Assembly: GCA_002151525.1 (NCBI GenBank)
Contig: MWMJ01000001.1
Location: 48,383 to 112,382 of the forward strand
From: Synechococcus sp. Lanier
GTDB taxonomy: Bacteria; Cyanobacteriota; Cyanobacteriia; PCC-6307; Cyanobiaceae
Length of the DNA stretch: 64,000 nt
Direction of reading: 5' to 3'
The notes under the pieces were generated by a model. The model made no database searches. It was given only the letters and a program-made list of their open reading frames with translations, and was not told the origin of the DNA. How positions within the stretch are numbered: position 1 is the stretch's first letter; each line of letters begins with the position of its first letter. Position numbers and translations under genes: made by a program. Below, one piece after another: positions 1 through 9,653 of the stretch.

Positions 1-213
1 CAGGTGTTGAACGAAAGGGTGCTCAATGGGCTCAACGACACCTACAAGTCCCTGGGTGTGCCCACAGGCCCCACGGCAAGGGGCATTCTTTTAATGGCAG
101 ACGTGTTAGTTGAAAAGTTGGCTGCCACAGGCTTCAGTGATCCAACTTTGGTTCGGGCCCCCTTTGAGCACATGGCAAAAAACCTTGCCGAAACAAATTT
201 GAATGGCCGTTGA
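1..213 (+). CDS. apcF: Allophycocyanin beta-18 subunit, C-terminal part (5' end outside window)
   Basis: VLNERVLNGLNDTYKSLGVPTGPT...APFEHM is a phycobiliprotein beta-chain C-terminus. The GPT-RGI and PFEHM segments resemble ApcF more than ApcB. Confidence 0.8.
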   Translation, partial: QVLNERVLNGLNDTYKSLGVPTGPTARGILLMADVLVEKLAATGFSDPTLVRAPFEHMAKNLAETNLNGR

Positions 214-246
214 ATCGGCCAATGGTTAGTCTCACATCCTCAATTC

Positions 247-1449
247 TTGTCTAGTCGCGTGAACGTTTCCCCGCTCTCCACTGTGAAAGAGACCGTGAGT
301 GCGTCCCATCGTTTACGGCTAGATCCGATTTGTACGCCTAATCGCCTGTTGTTGGGGCCAGGCCCATCAAACGCTGATCCCACTGTGTTGCAGGCCATGG
401 CCAGGCCCCCCCTCAGCCACCTTGATCCGCTCTATTTGGAGCTGATGAACGAAGTGCAGGAAATGCTGCGCTATGCCTGGCAAACCGATAACAGGATCAC
501 TATTCCAGTGAGCGGTACCGGCAGTGCCGCCATGGAAGCAACCATTGCTAACACCGTTGAACCGGGAGATCGTGTTCTTGTGGGGGTGATTGGTTATTTC
601 GGTTTGCGCTTGGTGGACATGTGCAACCGCTACGGAGCAGATGTGCAGGTTCTGGAAGCTCCCTGGGGTGAAGCCTTGGCGCTCGAGCAAATAGCAGCAG
701 CCATCAAACAACACAGGCCAGTGGTGTTTGCCTTAGTTCATGCCGAAACTTCCACAGGCGTGTGCCAACCCCTTGAGGGTATTGGCGCCCTTTGCCGAGA
801 AAATAACTGCCTGCTCATTCTCGACACCGTTACATCCCTTGGTGCTGTACCCCTCAAGCTCGACGAAGCCCAGGTTGATTTGGCCTATAGCTGTAGCCAG
901 AAGGGCCTGAGTTGCCCCCCTGGCCTTGGTCCCTTCACCATGGGGCCTAGGGCTGAGGAAAAAATTGAGCGGCGCAAGGGCAAGGTTCCAAATTGGTATT
1001 TAGATATGTCTGGTTTGAAGTCTTATTGGGGCAAAGATCGCACATACCACCACACAGCGCCGGTAAATATGAATTTTGGTTTAAGGGAGGCACTCAGGTT
1101 GCTCTGTGAGGAGGGTTTGGAAAATGCCTGGGATCGCCACCGCAGCAATAGCGAAAAAATGTGGCTTGGGCTAGAGGAATTAGGCCTTGAACTGCATGTA
1201 CCCCATTGCCTTCGCCTGCCAACCCTCACCACCGTAAGAATCCCCGCTGGTATTGATGGCAAAGCCTTTTCGGCTCATCTTCTAAATAAACATGGAGTTG
1301 AGATCGGTAATGGTTTAGGGAGCCTTGCCGGTGAGGTGTGGCGCATTGGCTTGATGGGCACTAACAGCACCCCTGCAAATGTTGAATTGTTGCTTAATTT
1401 GCTTGAACTTGAGCTGCCAATCTTCCGTACTGGCCGCGTCGCTGCCTAA
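247..1449 (+). CDS. Alanine/serine-glyoxylate aminotransferase (class V PLP enzyme)
   Basis: RLLLGPGPSN, SGTGSAAMEA, VHAETSTG, PLP-lysine YSCSQKGL and WRIGLMG motifs. Exact start uncertain. Confidence 0.92.
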   Translation: MSSRVNVSPLSTVKETVSASHRLRLDPICTPNRLLLGPGPSNADPTVLQAMARPPLSHLDPLYLELMNEVQEMLRYAWQTDNRITIPVSGTGSAAMEATIANTVEPGDRVLVGVIGYFGLRLVDMCNRYGADVQVLEAPWGEALALEQIAAAIKQHRPVVFALVHAETSTGVCQPLEGIGALCRENNCLLILDTVTSLGAVPLKLDEAQVDLAYSCSQKGLSCPPGLGPFTMGPRAEEKIERRKGKVPNWYLDMSGLKSYWGKDRTYHHTAPVNMNFGLREALRLLCEEGLENAWDRHRSNSEKMWLGLEELGLELHVPHCLRLPTLTTVRIPAGIDGKAFSAHLLNKHGVEIGNGLGSLAGEVWRIGLMGTNSTPANVELLLNLLELELPIFRTGRVAA

Positions 1450-1888
1450 ACCAGCTAACCAGTAGCTCCTCACATTGATCAGCCAAAACTCCGCTAGTTA
1501 CCTCCATGTGGTGATGGGCACTGGCGTTGTTGGCAAGATCCAAGCAGCTCCCCAATGCCCCGCGCTTGGGATCACTAGCACCAAACACCACATGGCCCAT
1601 TCTCGCTTGAACAAGGGCTCCGGCACACATCGGGCAGGGCTCCAAGGTAACTATCAGGGTGTGCTGATTAAAGCGCCATGTGGAGCTGCTCAGGCTTGCC
1701 TGGCGCAGGGCAACCAATTCGGCATGGCCAAGCGGGTTTTGTTCTTTTTCGCGCCGGTTAATGCCCCAGCCGATCGCCCTTCCCAATGGGTCGAGCACCA
1801 CTGCAGCAACAGGGATTTCTCCGCTACTGCCAGCAGCTGCGGCCAGCCTCAACAGCCGCTCCATCCAGATGGTGATGGGTGTTTCCAT
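1394..1888 (-). CDS. tadA: tRNA-specific adenosine deaminase
   Basis: GEIPVAAV, HAE, VTLEPCPMCAGAL, FGASDPKRGA zinc-deaminase motifs. Confidence 0.92.
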   Translation of the reverse strand: METPITIWMERLLRLAAAAGSSGEIPVAAVVLDPLGRAIGWGINRREKEQNPLGHAELVALRQASLSSSTWRFNQHTLIVTLEPCPMCAGALVQARMGHVVFGASDPKRGALGSCLDLANNASAHHHMEVTSGVLADQCEELLVSWFRQRRGQYGRLAAQVQAN

Positions 1889-1899
1889 TAACCATCACA

Positions 1900-3306
1900 A
1901 TGGTTGATCAACGGATCAATGGCTTGCAAGCCCCAGGACTTCCCAAAGCTTTCCCCGGCCCAGATGAAACCCAGGGCGCCTTGGGTGAAATGCTCGGCCA
2001 TGGCAGCAAAATACTTTGTGATTGGCTAGAGGCAACAAATAACCACGGACCTAGGCCCGCTCTAAGCGTTCAACCCCTCGCTGAACCGGGTGATGTTGGT
2101 AAGTCGATTGAGCAGCTTTGGTGTGATCTCGCCGGGTTGATGGATGGTGCCTATAGGCCTAATCATCCCGGCGCATTGGCGCACCTTGATCCCCCTTCCC
2201 TAGGGGTATCAATTTGCGCTGAGATGATTGCAGCAGGGCTAAATAACAACCTTCTAGCGGAGGAACTCTCCCCATCTTTAAGTCGATTAGAGCGCAGTTT
2301 GTGCAGCTGGATCGCCCGTGAAATCGGGCTTGGTGATCTTGCCTCAGGGGTGCCTGCAAGCGGCGGTAGTTTAAGCAACCTGATGGCTCTTGTTTGCGCG
2401 CGCCGGGCAGCTCAACTACAAAAATATTCAAATTGTGTTGTTATTACAGGCGCCGGTTCCCATGTGTCATTAAACAAGGCACTTGCAGTTATGGGCATAG
2501 GGGCTGATTATCTATGGCGATTGCCACTTGATAACCAGGGGCGGTTAAAGGCAACTGAAATAACTGCCGCTTTTGATAAAGCTCAAAAGCTTGGCTTACC
2601 GATTCTTGCCGTTGTTGCCACTGCAGGTACCACCATTCAAGGACTGGTGGATCCCATAGGTGAAATGGCAGCATTGTGTAAATCTGCAGGGGTATGGCTG
2701 CATGTGGATGGTGCAATCGGAGGAGTGTGCGCCTTAGTTGAGAGTGAACGCTGGCGAGTTGAAGGGATTGGTTTAGCTGATTCAGTTAGCTTGAACCCAC
2801 AAAAACTACTTGGTGTTAGCAAGCCTTCCTCACTGCTACTTTTAAAGGATCCATTTCATTTAAAAAATAGTTTTTCCACTGGCCTTCCCTATATGGAGCC
2901 GCCTTTGGTGAGTCAGGGCGGTGAACTAGGTTTACAAGGAACCCGGGGAGCTGAGGTGTTGAAATTGTGGATGAGTTTGCAGTATCTGGGCCTTGAAGGT
3001 ATTGAAAATATTTTGCAATCTGCTTTTTCCCGTGCCTCAATACTGCGCAATTTGCTTGAGTCTATGCCATTGCAGTTATTACCTGGTGATTTACATCTCC
3101 TTAGTTTTACCGCCTCGGAAATGGAATCTGAAAACCAGGTTGCCTGGCGCGATAGATGTCATAGGGAATTGTTAACATCAAATTTTTGGCTATCAAAGCC
3201 AAATTGGCGTGAAATGCCACTTTTAAAGGCTGTTCTCGGTAATCCGTATACAAGTTCCGAACATTTGCAGCAGTTGGCTTCTGTTGTTAAAAAATCATTG
3301 ATATGA
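1900..3306 (+). CDS. Group II pyridoxal-phosphate-dependent decarboxylase, substrate unknown
   Basis: SGGSLSNLMAL, HVSLNKA, VATAGTT, WLHVDGAIGG and DSVSLNPQK (PLP lysine). ATG at 1900 preferred over the track start at 1879. Confidence 0.88.
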   Translation: MVDQRINGLQAPGLPKAFPGPDETQGALGEMLGHGSKILCDWLEATNNHGPRPALSVQPLAEPGDVGKSIEQLWCDLAGLMDGAYRPNHPGALAHLDPPSLGVSICAEMIAAGLNNNLLAEELSPSLSRLERSLCSWIAREIGLGDLASGVPASGGSLSNLMALVCARRAAQLQKYSNCVVITGAGSHVSLNKALAVMGIGADYLWRLPLDNQGRLKATEITAAFDKAQKLGLPILAVVATAGTTIQGLVDPIGEMAALCKSAGVWLHVDGAIGGVCALVESERWRVEGIGLADSVSLNPQKLLGVSKPSSLLLLKDPFHLKNSFSTGLPYMEPPLVSQGGELGLQGTRGAEVLKLWMSLQYLGLEGIENILQSAFSRASILRNLLESMPLQLLPGDLHLLSFTASEMESENQVAWRDRCHRELLTSNFWLSKPNWREMPLLKAVLGNPYTSSEHLQQLASVVKKSLI

Positions 3307-3521
3307 AACAGGAAAATAAAAGGGGGCGCTGGGTAGCAATTAGCACGGGAGTTATTTCTATTACCATTGCGGTGGTTTATTTGTTGGTGGTTTTTCTACT
3401 TGATCGCCAGGGGCCCCTTCTTCCACCACCTCCCGAGGCCCTCGGCGGGGCGGTAATTGTTGCACCTGCTGTTTCAGCGGTTCCACAACACGAGCCAGGG
3501 CTTCTTCAAGGAAGTTTTTGA
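3303..3521 (+). CDS. Small single-pass membrane hypothetical protein
   Basis: ATGA overlap with the decarboxylase stop. One hydrophobic helix followed by LDRQGPLLPPPPEA. Confidence 0.65.
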   Translation: MKQENKRGRWVAISTGVISITIAVVYLLVVFLLDRQGPLLPPPPEALGGAVIVAPAVSAVPQHEPGLLQGSF

Positions 3522-4968
3522 GATCAAGGTCGCGCCGCTCTAGGTCGTATTGCTCGCGAACAACAGCAGCTATTCCGCCATCGCCCCAGTCTTGTTGTTG
3601 GCGGAAATAACTGATGAAGCTCTTACCGGCTAAGCGGGTTAGCCAAGCACCGGTAACAGCTTGGATTGCCTTCGAGGCAAGCAATGCGGGCAGGTTTAAA
3701 CCCATGGCCGTGCCAATCAATCCGGCCCCCCCCTTCACCAGGCCAAGGCTGGCTAAGGTTCGCCCCAGGGATAGGGCTAATTGTTGTCCCTGATTTTTGC
3801 TCATGTTTACTCCGTAAATCTGGCCAATTTCAATAACCATCTGGGCATTTACGGCGGCTGTTGCAAGCAGATCAAGCCCTGGCAGGGGGGTTAAGGCGAT
3901 GGCACCAGCACCAATCCAGCAATAGCGTTCAACAATTTGCATTGATTCTCTATAGCGCTGTTTATCAAGAAGCTCTTCTGAAATCGCTGAAAGGCGACTG
4001 CTTTGCAAAAGGATGTTGTCGGCAAGTAAATCTTCTCCCTCCTCGCGGAGCAGTTGGGCCAATCTGTTTAAAAGTCGATTGATTTCTGCCGCTGGCTGCA
4101 GTGGTTTTCTACCAGGTTGGGGAATTGATTGTGGAGCACCACTGGCACTAACAACATCATCACTTCTAATTAATCCGCTGCAACGAACGCGTAATAAATG
4201 CAATAAACGCTGTTCTTCACTTTCGCCACGAAGATCACATTTATTTAACACTAAAAGCATACGCTTTCCAATTTCAGCGAGTGCTTTTAACACCTCAAAT
4301 TCACTAGATCTAAGATCACTATCAACAACAAATACTAATAAATCTCCGCGAATTGCTTCAGCTCTAGCCTGCTGCTCTCGCTTTAGGCCAATGTCTCCTG
4401 ATTCGAGAATGCCAGGGGTATCGCGCAATTGAATTGATCGCTGCATGCCCTGAAGGCGCATTAAATAGTTTGTGCTGATTTTTGTACTACCCATTACCGC
4501 ACCAACCTCACCAATTCGATCATGTAAAAGGGCGCGAATTAATGATGTTTTACCGCTGGATCCACTTCCAAAAAATACAACTATTAAGTCTCCTTTTTTA
4601 AGATTTGCCTCAACTTCTAGGCGGCGTTTAAGTAATGCTTCTCTCGCAACCACATCCTTAAGTTGAGTTAATTGTTGATCCAGGGCGTTGAGATTTTGTT
4701 GGGCGGCTTCGCCGCGGTTTGATGCTGCCTTGGGGAAATCTAATTTTGAATTTCTTAGCCTTGGTCCCAACCATGGCCTCAACAGTGGATAAATTGAAAG
4801 ACCGATTGCTGCAACGAGAAGTAATAATGTGGGGCCAACTAACCAACTCGGTAACCAATAGCTTAATTGCCAAAGCAAACTATTAACTGCTTGAAGAACA
4901 ACTGAAAGAATAACGATGGCAAGTAGTAAACCAACCACCAGAAGCCATGGCCGAGGTGCTTTCATCAA
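3361..4968 (-). CDS. Membrane-anchored YcjF/DUF697-family GTP-binding protein
   Basis: Two N-terminal TM helices, GSGSSGKTS (G1), DTPG (G3), NKCD (G4) and a C-terminal ALTPLPGLDLL DUF697-like region. Confidence 0.85.
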   Translation of the reverse strand: MMKAPRPWLLVVGLLLAIVILSVVLQAVNSLLWQLSYWLPSWLVGPTLLLLVAAIGLSIYPLLRPWLGPRLRNSKLDFPKAASNRGEAAQQNLNALDQQLTQLKDVVAREALLKRRLEVEANLKKGDLIVVFFGSGSSGKTSLIRALLHDRIGEVGAVMGSTKISTNYLMRLQGMQRSIQLRDTPGILESGDIGLKREQQARAEAIRGDLLVFVVDSDLRSSEFEVLKALAEIGKRMLLVLNKCDLRGESEEQRLLHLLRVRCSGLIRSDDVVSASGAPQSIPQPGRKPLQPAAEINRLLNRLAQLLREEGEDLLADNILLQSSRLSAISEELLDKQRYRESMQIVERYCWIGAGAIALTPLPGLDLLATAAVNAQMVIEIGQIYGVNMSKNQGQQLALSLGRTLASLGLVKGGAGLIGTAMGLNLPALLASKAIQAVTGAWLTRLAGKSFISYFRQQQDWGDGGIAAVVREQYDLERRDLDLKNFLEEALARVVEPLKQQVQQLPPRRGPREVVEEGAPGDQVEKPPTNKPPQW

Positions 4969-7094
4969 CGGGCTTCAGCGTTTGTGCTGCCTCTACCGGC
5001 GCTGCGAATGATATCTGCCCAAAGTTGGGCTGCTAAAGCACTACTTGCTGCCGTTGGACTGCTGTTATCGTTGCCAAGCCAAATTCCCATCACCCAGTGG
5101 CGGCTTGGTTCAAAGCCAATAAAAAGTAGATCTCGCCCATCATTAGTGGTGCCAGTTTTTCCACCCTCAGCCCCCCCAAGGGAAGCTGCATTACCAGTAC
5201 CCCACTGCACCACCCCCCTCAGTAAAGCTTGCATTAATTGAGCTTGCTTCACACTTACTACTCGGCGATTATTCGATTTGGTTTGAGATGGTTGGCGGCA
5301 AGCCTTACTTGAATTTGCGCAGGGTTCCGCATCCGTGAGCCTTCTGATCGTGGTTGGTTGTTGCCAAATACCGTTATTTGCAATTGCTGCGTAGGCAGCT
5401 GTCATTTCAATTAGTTTGGTTTCGCTTTGGCCCAACACCAAACCAGGAACAGCTGCTAACGGTGTAGTGATGCCAAGGTCACGGGCCTTTTTAACTACAG
5501 CCTCTAATCCGTAACGCCGACCTAATCTCAAAGCTGCTGTATTACTGCTACTGGCAAATGCTTGGCTTAAGGCCAAACTGCCAGCGCAGCCAGCCGTAAA
5601 ACTTTGGCCACCCCAATCTAATGGGTCGCAACTTACAGCATCATCTGGTTTTAAGCCCCGCTCAAGGGCTACCAAATATGTCATTAATTTAAAAGTGCTC
5701 CCCGGTTGCCTAAGGGCTTGGGTGGCTCGGTTGAATTGACTTGTGTTGTAATCCCTTCCACCAACCAAGCTCAATACGGCCCCGTTACGGCTATCAATAA
5801 CTACAACAGCCCCCTGTTCCACACCCCAACCATTGCCGGGTTGCAGGTATTCGCGCAATTTTGTTTCCACTACTTCTTGAAGCACTGGATCTAGATTTGT
5901 ATCAACAAGGAAATTTCCCTCGCCAGCAACCTCTGAACCAAGCAAATTCTCTAAATCACGATATACCTGATCTGAATAGAAGGGAGCTGGCTTGCGCTCC
6001 CTTGCGGCGCATGCCCGCGCTGCCAAAACCACAGGGGTGCGTCTAGCACGACGGACCACATCGTTTGCAACAACACCCTCAGCCGCCATCTTTGTTAGCA
6101 CCCCATTGCGAGCGCTTAGGGCATCTTGGGGAAAGGCACATGGATCATTGCCATTTGGTGAAGGCAGTAGGCCAACCAGTAGTGCAGCCTGTTCTAATGA
6201 TAGATCTTTTGCTGCTCTATTAAAATATAATTGGGCAGCATCTTCAAAGCCCCATCCAACACCTAAGTACACCCTATTTAAATAACTTAGCAATAAATCC
6301 CGTTTACTAAAACGTGCTTCTAGTTGCAATGCAACCATTAATTCTCGCCATTTTCTACCTAGAGTTTCGCCTTGGCCTACCTGTTCGGGATATAAACTTC
6401 TAGCTAATTGTTGGGTGAGAGTACTACCACCTTCAAGTACCTTGCCGCCGAGTAAATTTGTTAATAAGGCCCTTGATGTGCCGATGGGATCAATACCTGG
6501 ATGCCACCAAAAACGATTATCTTCGCTGGCAAGAAGTGCTTTGATTAAATGAGGTGAAAAACTATTTAATCCAGATAATTCATGGTGTCCACTGCTATTT
6601 GAGCTTGACAGGGGACGATTATTGCGATCGTAAAGAACCATCGGACCACGAACAGGAGCTAAGCTGCCCCTTACGGGCACACTCACACTGCCAATAACGA
6701 GCAAAAGTAAACAAAATAACCCTGTTCCAAGGGATGCAATGCTAAGAGTTTTAAAGCCTTTATTTATCCAGGGGCGTGCATTCAGTTGGCGAAATTCTAT
6801 TTCTGGTACATTTTCTGCAGAGGCTGGTCCTAAGCGAATTAGATCTCCATTTTGTAATTTTATTGTTTTTATTGAACAACCTTGCCAGCTAAGGCCATTG
6901 GTTGAACAATTATCTCTGAGATACCAGTGGCGACCCTTTAGCTCAAGTAAAGCGTGGCGCTTTGAAACGGCAGGGTGATTAACAACTATCTCTCCATCAC
7001 AATCACGACCAATTCGATATATCTGCCCATATAAAGGGTGGCAAATGCTCGCTTCTCCATGTTGATGAATCCAAAGTTCTGCCAAGTTCATCAA
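4965..7094 (-). CDS. Class A penicillin-binding protein with N-terminal FHA domain
   Basis: FHA motifs IGR...VSKRHA...STNG, a TM helix, transglycosylase motifs EDNRF/GGSTLTQQL/RKWRE, and transpeptidase motifs RQPGSTFK, SSN, KTGT. Confidence 0.92.
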   Translation of the reverse strand: MMNLAELWIHQHGEASICHPLYGQIYRIGRDCDGEIVVNHPAVSKRHALLELKGRHWYLRDNCSTNGLSWQGCSIKTIKLQNGDLIRLGPASAENVPEIEFRQLNARPWINKGFKTLSIASLGTGLFCLLLLVIGSVSVPVRGSLAPVRGPMVLYDRNNRPLSSSNSSGHHELSGLNSFSPHLIKALLASEDNRFWWHPGIDPIGTSRALLTNLLGGKVLEGGSTLTQQLARSLYPEQVGQGETLGRKWRELMVALQLEARFSKRDLLLSYLNRVYLGVGWGFEDAAQLYFNRAAKDLSLEQAALLVGLLPSPNGNDPCAFPQDALSARNGVLTKMAAEGVVANDVVRRARRTPVVLAARACAARERKPAPFYSDQVYRDLENLLGSEVAGEGNFLVDTNLDPVLQEVVETKLREYLQPGNGWGVEQGAVVVIDSRNGAVLSLVGGRDYNTSQFNRATQALRQPGSTFKLMTYLVALERGLKPDDAVSCDPLDWGGQSFTAGCAGSLALSQAFASSSNTAALRLGRRYGLEAVVKKARDLGITTPLAAVPGLVLGQSETKLIEMTAAYAAIANNGIWQQPTTIRRLTDAEPCANSSKACRQPSQTKSNNRRVVSVKQAQLMQALLRGVVQWGTGNAASLGGAEGGKTGTTNDGRDLLFIGFEPSRHWVMGIWLGNDNSSPTAASSALAAQLWADIIRSAGRGSTNAEAR

Positions 7095-7555
7095 TTCCGC
7101 CTCAAGTTATTAATCAACAGTGAAATCACAGCTAAATTAATAGCTACATCAGCAAGATTAAAAACAGGAAAGCTAATTGGCACAAAATCAAGGAAGTCCA
7201 CAACTGCTCCAAGCCGCCATCTATCTAATCCGTTGCCGATTGTTCCTCCCAATAGCCAGCCCACCGCCAAAAATTGCAGCAAGCACCACTGGTTTCCCCT
7301 GCGCCATAGCCATAGCAGCAAAAAAATCGCAACGCCAAGGCTGATTAAGCCAAGCCAGCCAGCGCCTTGGGGAAACAAACTAAAGGCGGCTCCGTTATTC
7401 CATACCAGGCGCAGTTCAATCAAACCAGGGAACAAAACCACCTCCCTCCCTGCCCCCAAATTGCGTAGCACCCAACACTTACTCCACTGATCCAGAAGTA
7501 CTACACCAATTGCAAGGCCAATGCTGATAAGCCGCCCTTTTAAAAGCTTGTTCAC
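7091..7555 (-). CDS. lspA: Lipoprotein signal peptidase II
   Basis: LDQWSK, NNGAAFS, GNGLDR, VVDFL, FPVFNLADVAI. The GTG start at 7555 overlaps the bioY stop. Confidence 0.95.
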   Translation of the reverse strand: MNKLLKGRLISIGLAIGVVLLDQWSKCWVLRNLGAGREVVLFPGLIELRLVWNNGAAFSLFPQGAGWLGLISLGVAIFLLLWLWRRGNQWCLLQFLAVGWLLGGTIGNGLDRWRLGAVVDFLDFVPISFPVFNLADVAINLAVISLLINNLRRN

Positions 7556-8133
7556 CGGTTTACCAGTAATAGAGGGCGCAAAAACCTGGCCATCACTCCA
7601 ACAACACAACAGAGCAACAACTGGGCAGGAAGGGGCATCAGGCTGTAAGTAATCAGCAGCTGGGGCAGGCTCTCTCCCCAGCGGTGGGCGAGGCTACCTA
7701 AACCCAAATTGAGTAAACCGCATAGCTGGATAGTGAGAACTCCAAGGCAGGCAGTTCCAGTTAAATGCTCGAGGGAGTCCATACCAGGCTGTTTTGCCAA
7801 ACGTCCGCATAACCAGGCTGCTGGTATGAAACCAGCCAAGTATCCAAATGAAGGTTGTTGCAGGTAAGCAAGGCCTCCACCCTCTTGAAAAACAGGTATC
7901 ACGCTGAGCCCAAGGCTTAGGTAGGCCACCGCAGCAAGCATTCCCGAACGGGGGCCGCACACAAGTGCTGTTAGTAGTAATGCGGGCACCTGGGCCGTTA
8001 TTGGTAAATCATGGAAGCTAAAACCAGCCTGGGAACTCCACCAAGGCAAAGCCGGTTGGAGCAATCCACCGGTGAGAATAAGCAGAAGCCCAACTAAGGC
8101 TCCCCACCAGTTCAAGAGGGCGCGCAAGCTCAA
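7552..8133 (-). CDS. bioY: Biotin transporter BioY
   Basis: Hydrophobic protein with PITAQ, AYLSLGL-PVF-GGG and PSFGYLAGF motifs. Confidence 0.9.
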   Translation of the reverse strand: MSLRALLNWWGALVGLLLILTGGLLQPALPWWSSQAGFSFHDLPITAQVPALLLTALVCGPRSGMLAAVAYLSLGLSVIPVFQEGGGLAYLQQPSFGYLAGFIPAAWLCGRLAKQPGMDSLEHLTGTACLGVLTIQLCGLLNLGLGSLAHRWGESLPQLLITYSLMPLPAQLLLCCVVGVMARFLRPLLLVNR

Positions 8134-8142
8134 CCCATGTAA

Positions 8143-8433
8143 TTGCCGCCATCCTGCACCACTCCAAGGATCTCTTCAACATTGACTGACCCATCAGAAG
8201 CAATTTTTGCCGTTGGCAGCCTGGTGAAACTTCAGGTTCAACAGCCCTGGTTGAAAACCGCAGCTGCCATGCCCGTACTGCGGCCCGCAGATCTGGTAGA
8301 CCTAAATGAGCTGGGTGAAGTGGTTGCGATCCATGCGATGCAACAGAGGGCCGTTAAATTCCGTAGGGGCACGTTTTTACTGCCGGTTAGTTCCCTGAGC
8401 TCTCACGTTGAGCCCTCCGCCAACGCTGTTTGA
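8143..8433 (+). CDS. sipA: SipA (DUF3148), NblS/Hik33-interacting protein
   Basis: F-VG--V-L----PWLKTA--MP-LRP-DLV---E-GEV...VKFRRGTFL pattern. True start may lie downstream of 8143. Confidence 0.78.
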   Translation: MPPSCTTPRISSTLTDPSEAIFAVGSLVKLQVQQPWLKTAAAMPVLRPADLVDLNELGEVVAIHAMQQRAVKFRRGTFLLPVSSLSSHVEPSANAV

Positions 8434-9628
8434 GTTCTTTAATCGCAGAGCTGGGTCCGCAAATGCTTAAATTTGCCTTTTGAAGCCAGCGTTGAGCTGC
8501 TGCAAGCAATTGAGCTGGGTTCATCCGATCAAGTTTTTTCAAGCAAATTTCGTTGTGATCTGCTGGCAAGCCATAGCTGAGGAGCATTGCTAATCGGTCG
8601 GCTCTTTGGCCGCCAGTTTCGCAGCTCAATGCTTCCATTCCTTTTAATTTTGCAATGGCAAGCTGCATTTCAGCCTCAGATATCGGAGCTTGAATAATGT
8701 TTTGCCATTCTGCTAGTAGTGCATCTAAGGCTTCGCATGCTCGACCCACAGCACAGGAAAGATGCCAAACCATTGGTGAATTTGATCTACGCAGCATCAA
8801 TTCCACACCAACGTCGTAGGCCAAACCTCGCTCCTCTCGAATCACCTGAAATAAGCGGCAACTCATGCCAACGCCAAGGTGCACTTGAAGCAGCCTAAGC
8901 ATTAGGGAGTCAGTATTATCAATGCCTACGGTTCGAAAACCCATCATTAGAACCACCTGCTCAGTGTTGCAAATAACAGAAGCAAAATTAAGGGCTGGCT
9001 CTGGATTGGGTTCTGGCGCACTAATTGGTTGATTTTTCCATACACTTAATCTCTCTTGGCAGTTTTCAATCAGTTCTACTTGGGGGTCTCCAGCTAAAAC
9101 AAGTAGTGCATTTGTGCATGTTAGCTGTTTAGATGCCTCTAGTAGACTTTTTTGTTTAATATTTTTTAGATCTTGCTTGAAGCCAATGGGATCACTACTA
9201 TAAGGTCCATCATCGAAAAGTAATGGCTTTAATTTGTCATGGCATAGCTGAAAAGAATCCTCCTGAAGTCTTTTCAGCATCTGAATATTAAGATCTCGTT
9301 CTAAATTAATCTGATCTTCATTGCAATGGGGGCTTTCAAGCATCGCTAGTATTAAGGGCACCATTGAATTTGCATCAATTCGATTGCATTTGAGTGCAAT
9401 AACAAGCAGGTCTTCTCCAGCTTCACAGCGTAAATTTGCGCCATGGCATTCCACGAAACTTGCGAATTTCTCAGCATCGAATTCTGCGCAGCCGCGCGTT
9501 AGCACTCCAGCTAGGAGCTGCTGACGACCCTTCATACCAATCGGATCGTGGATGCTGCCTAGGGGTAAAACAATTCGAGCCGAAAGGATCGGAGCCCCTG
9601 GTTGATGGATGAGCTCAACTGATTTCAT
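8387..9628 (-). CDS. M16 family peptidase, catalytically inactive subunit
   Basis: M16 fold motifs (LTRG, RLFQVIREERGLAYDV), but HxxEH is replaced by QQLLA. Confidence 0.85.
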   Translation of the reverse strand: MKSVELIHQPGAPILSARIVLPLGSIHDPIGMKGRQQLLAGVLTRGCAEFDAEKFASFVECHGANLRCEAGEDLLVIALKCNRIDANSMVPLILAMLESPHCNEDQINLERDLNIQMLKRLQEDSFQLCHDKLKPLLFDDGPYSSDPIGFKQDLKNIKQKSLLEASKQLTCTNALLVLAGDPQVELIENCQERLSVWKNQPISAPEPNPEPALNFASVICNTEQVVLMMGFRTVGIDNTDSLMLRLLQVHLGVGMSCRLFQVIREERGLAYDVGVELMLRRSNSPMVWHLSCAVGRACEALDALLAEWQNIIQAPISEAEMQLAIAKLKGMEALSCETGGQRADRLAMLLSYGLPADHNEICLKKLDRMNPAQLLAAAQRWLQKANLSICGPSSAIKELKQRWRRAQRESSGN

Positions 9629-9653
9629 AGCTAAATTGTTGTTGGGAATTTGT

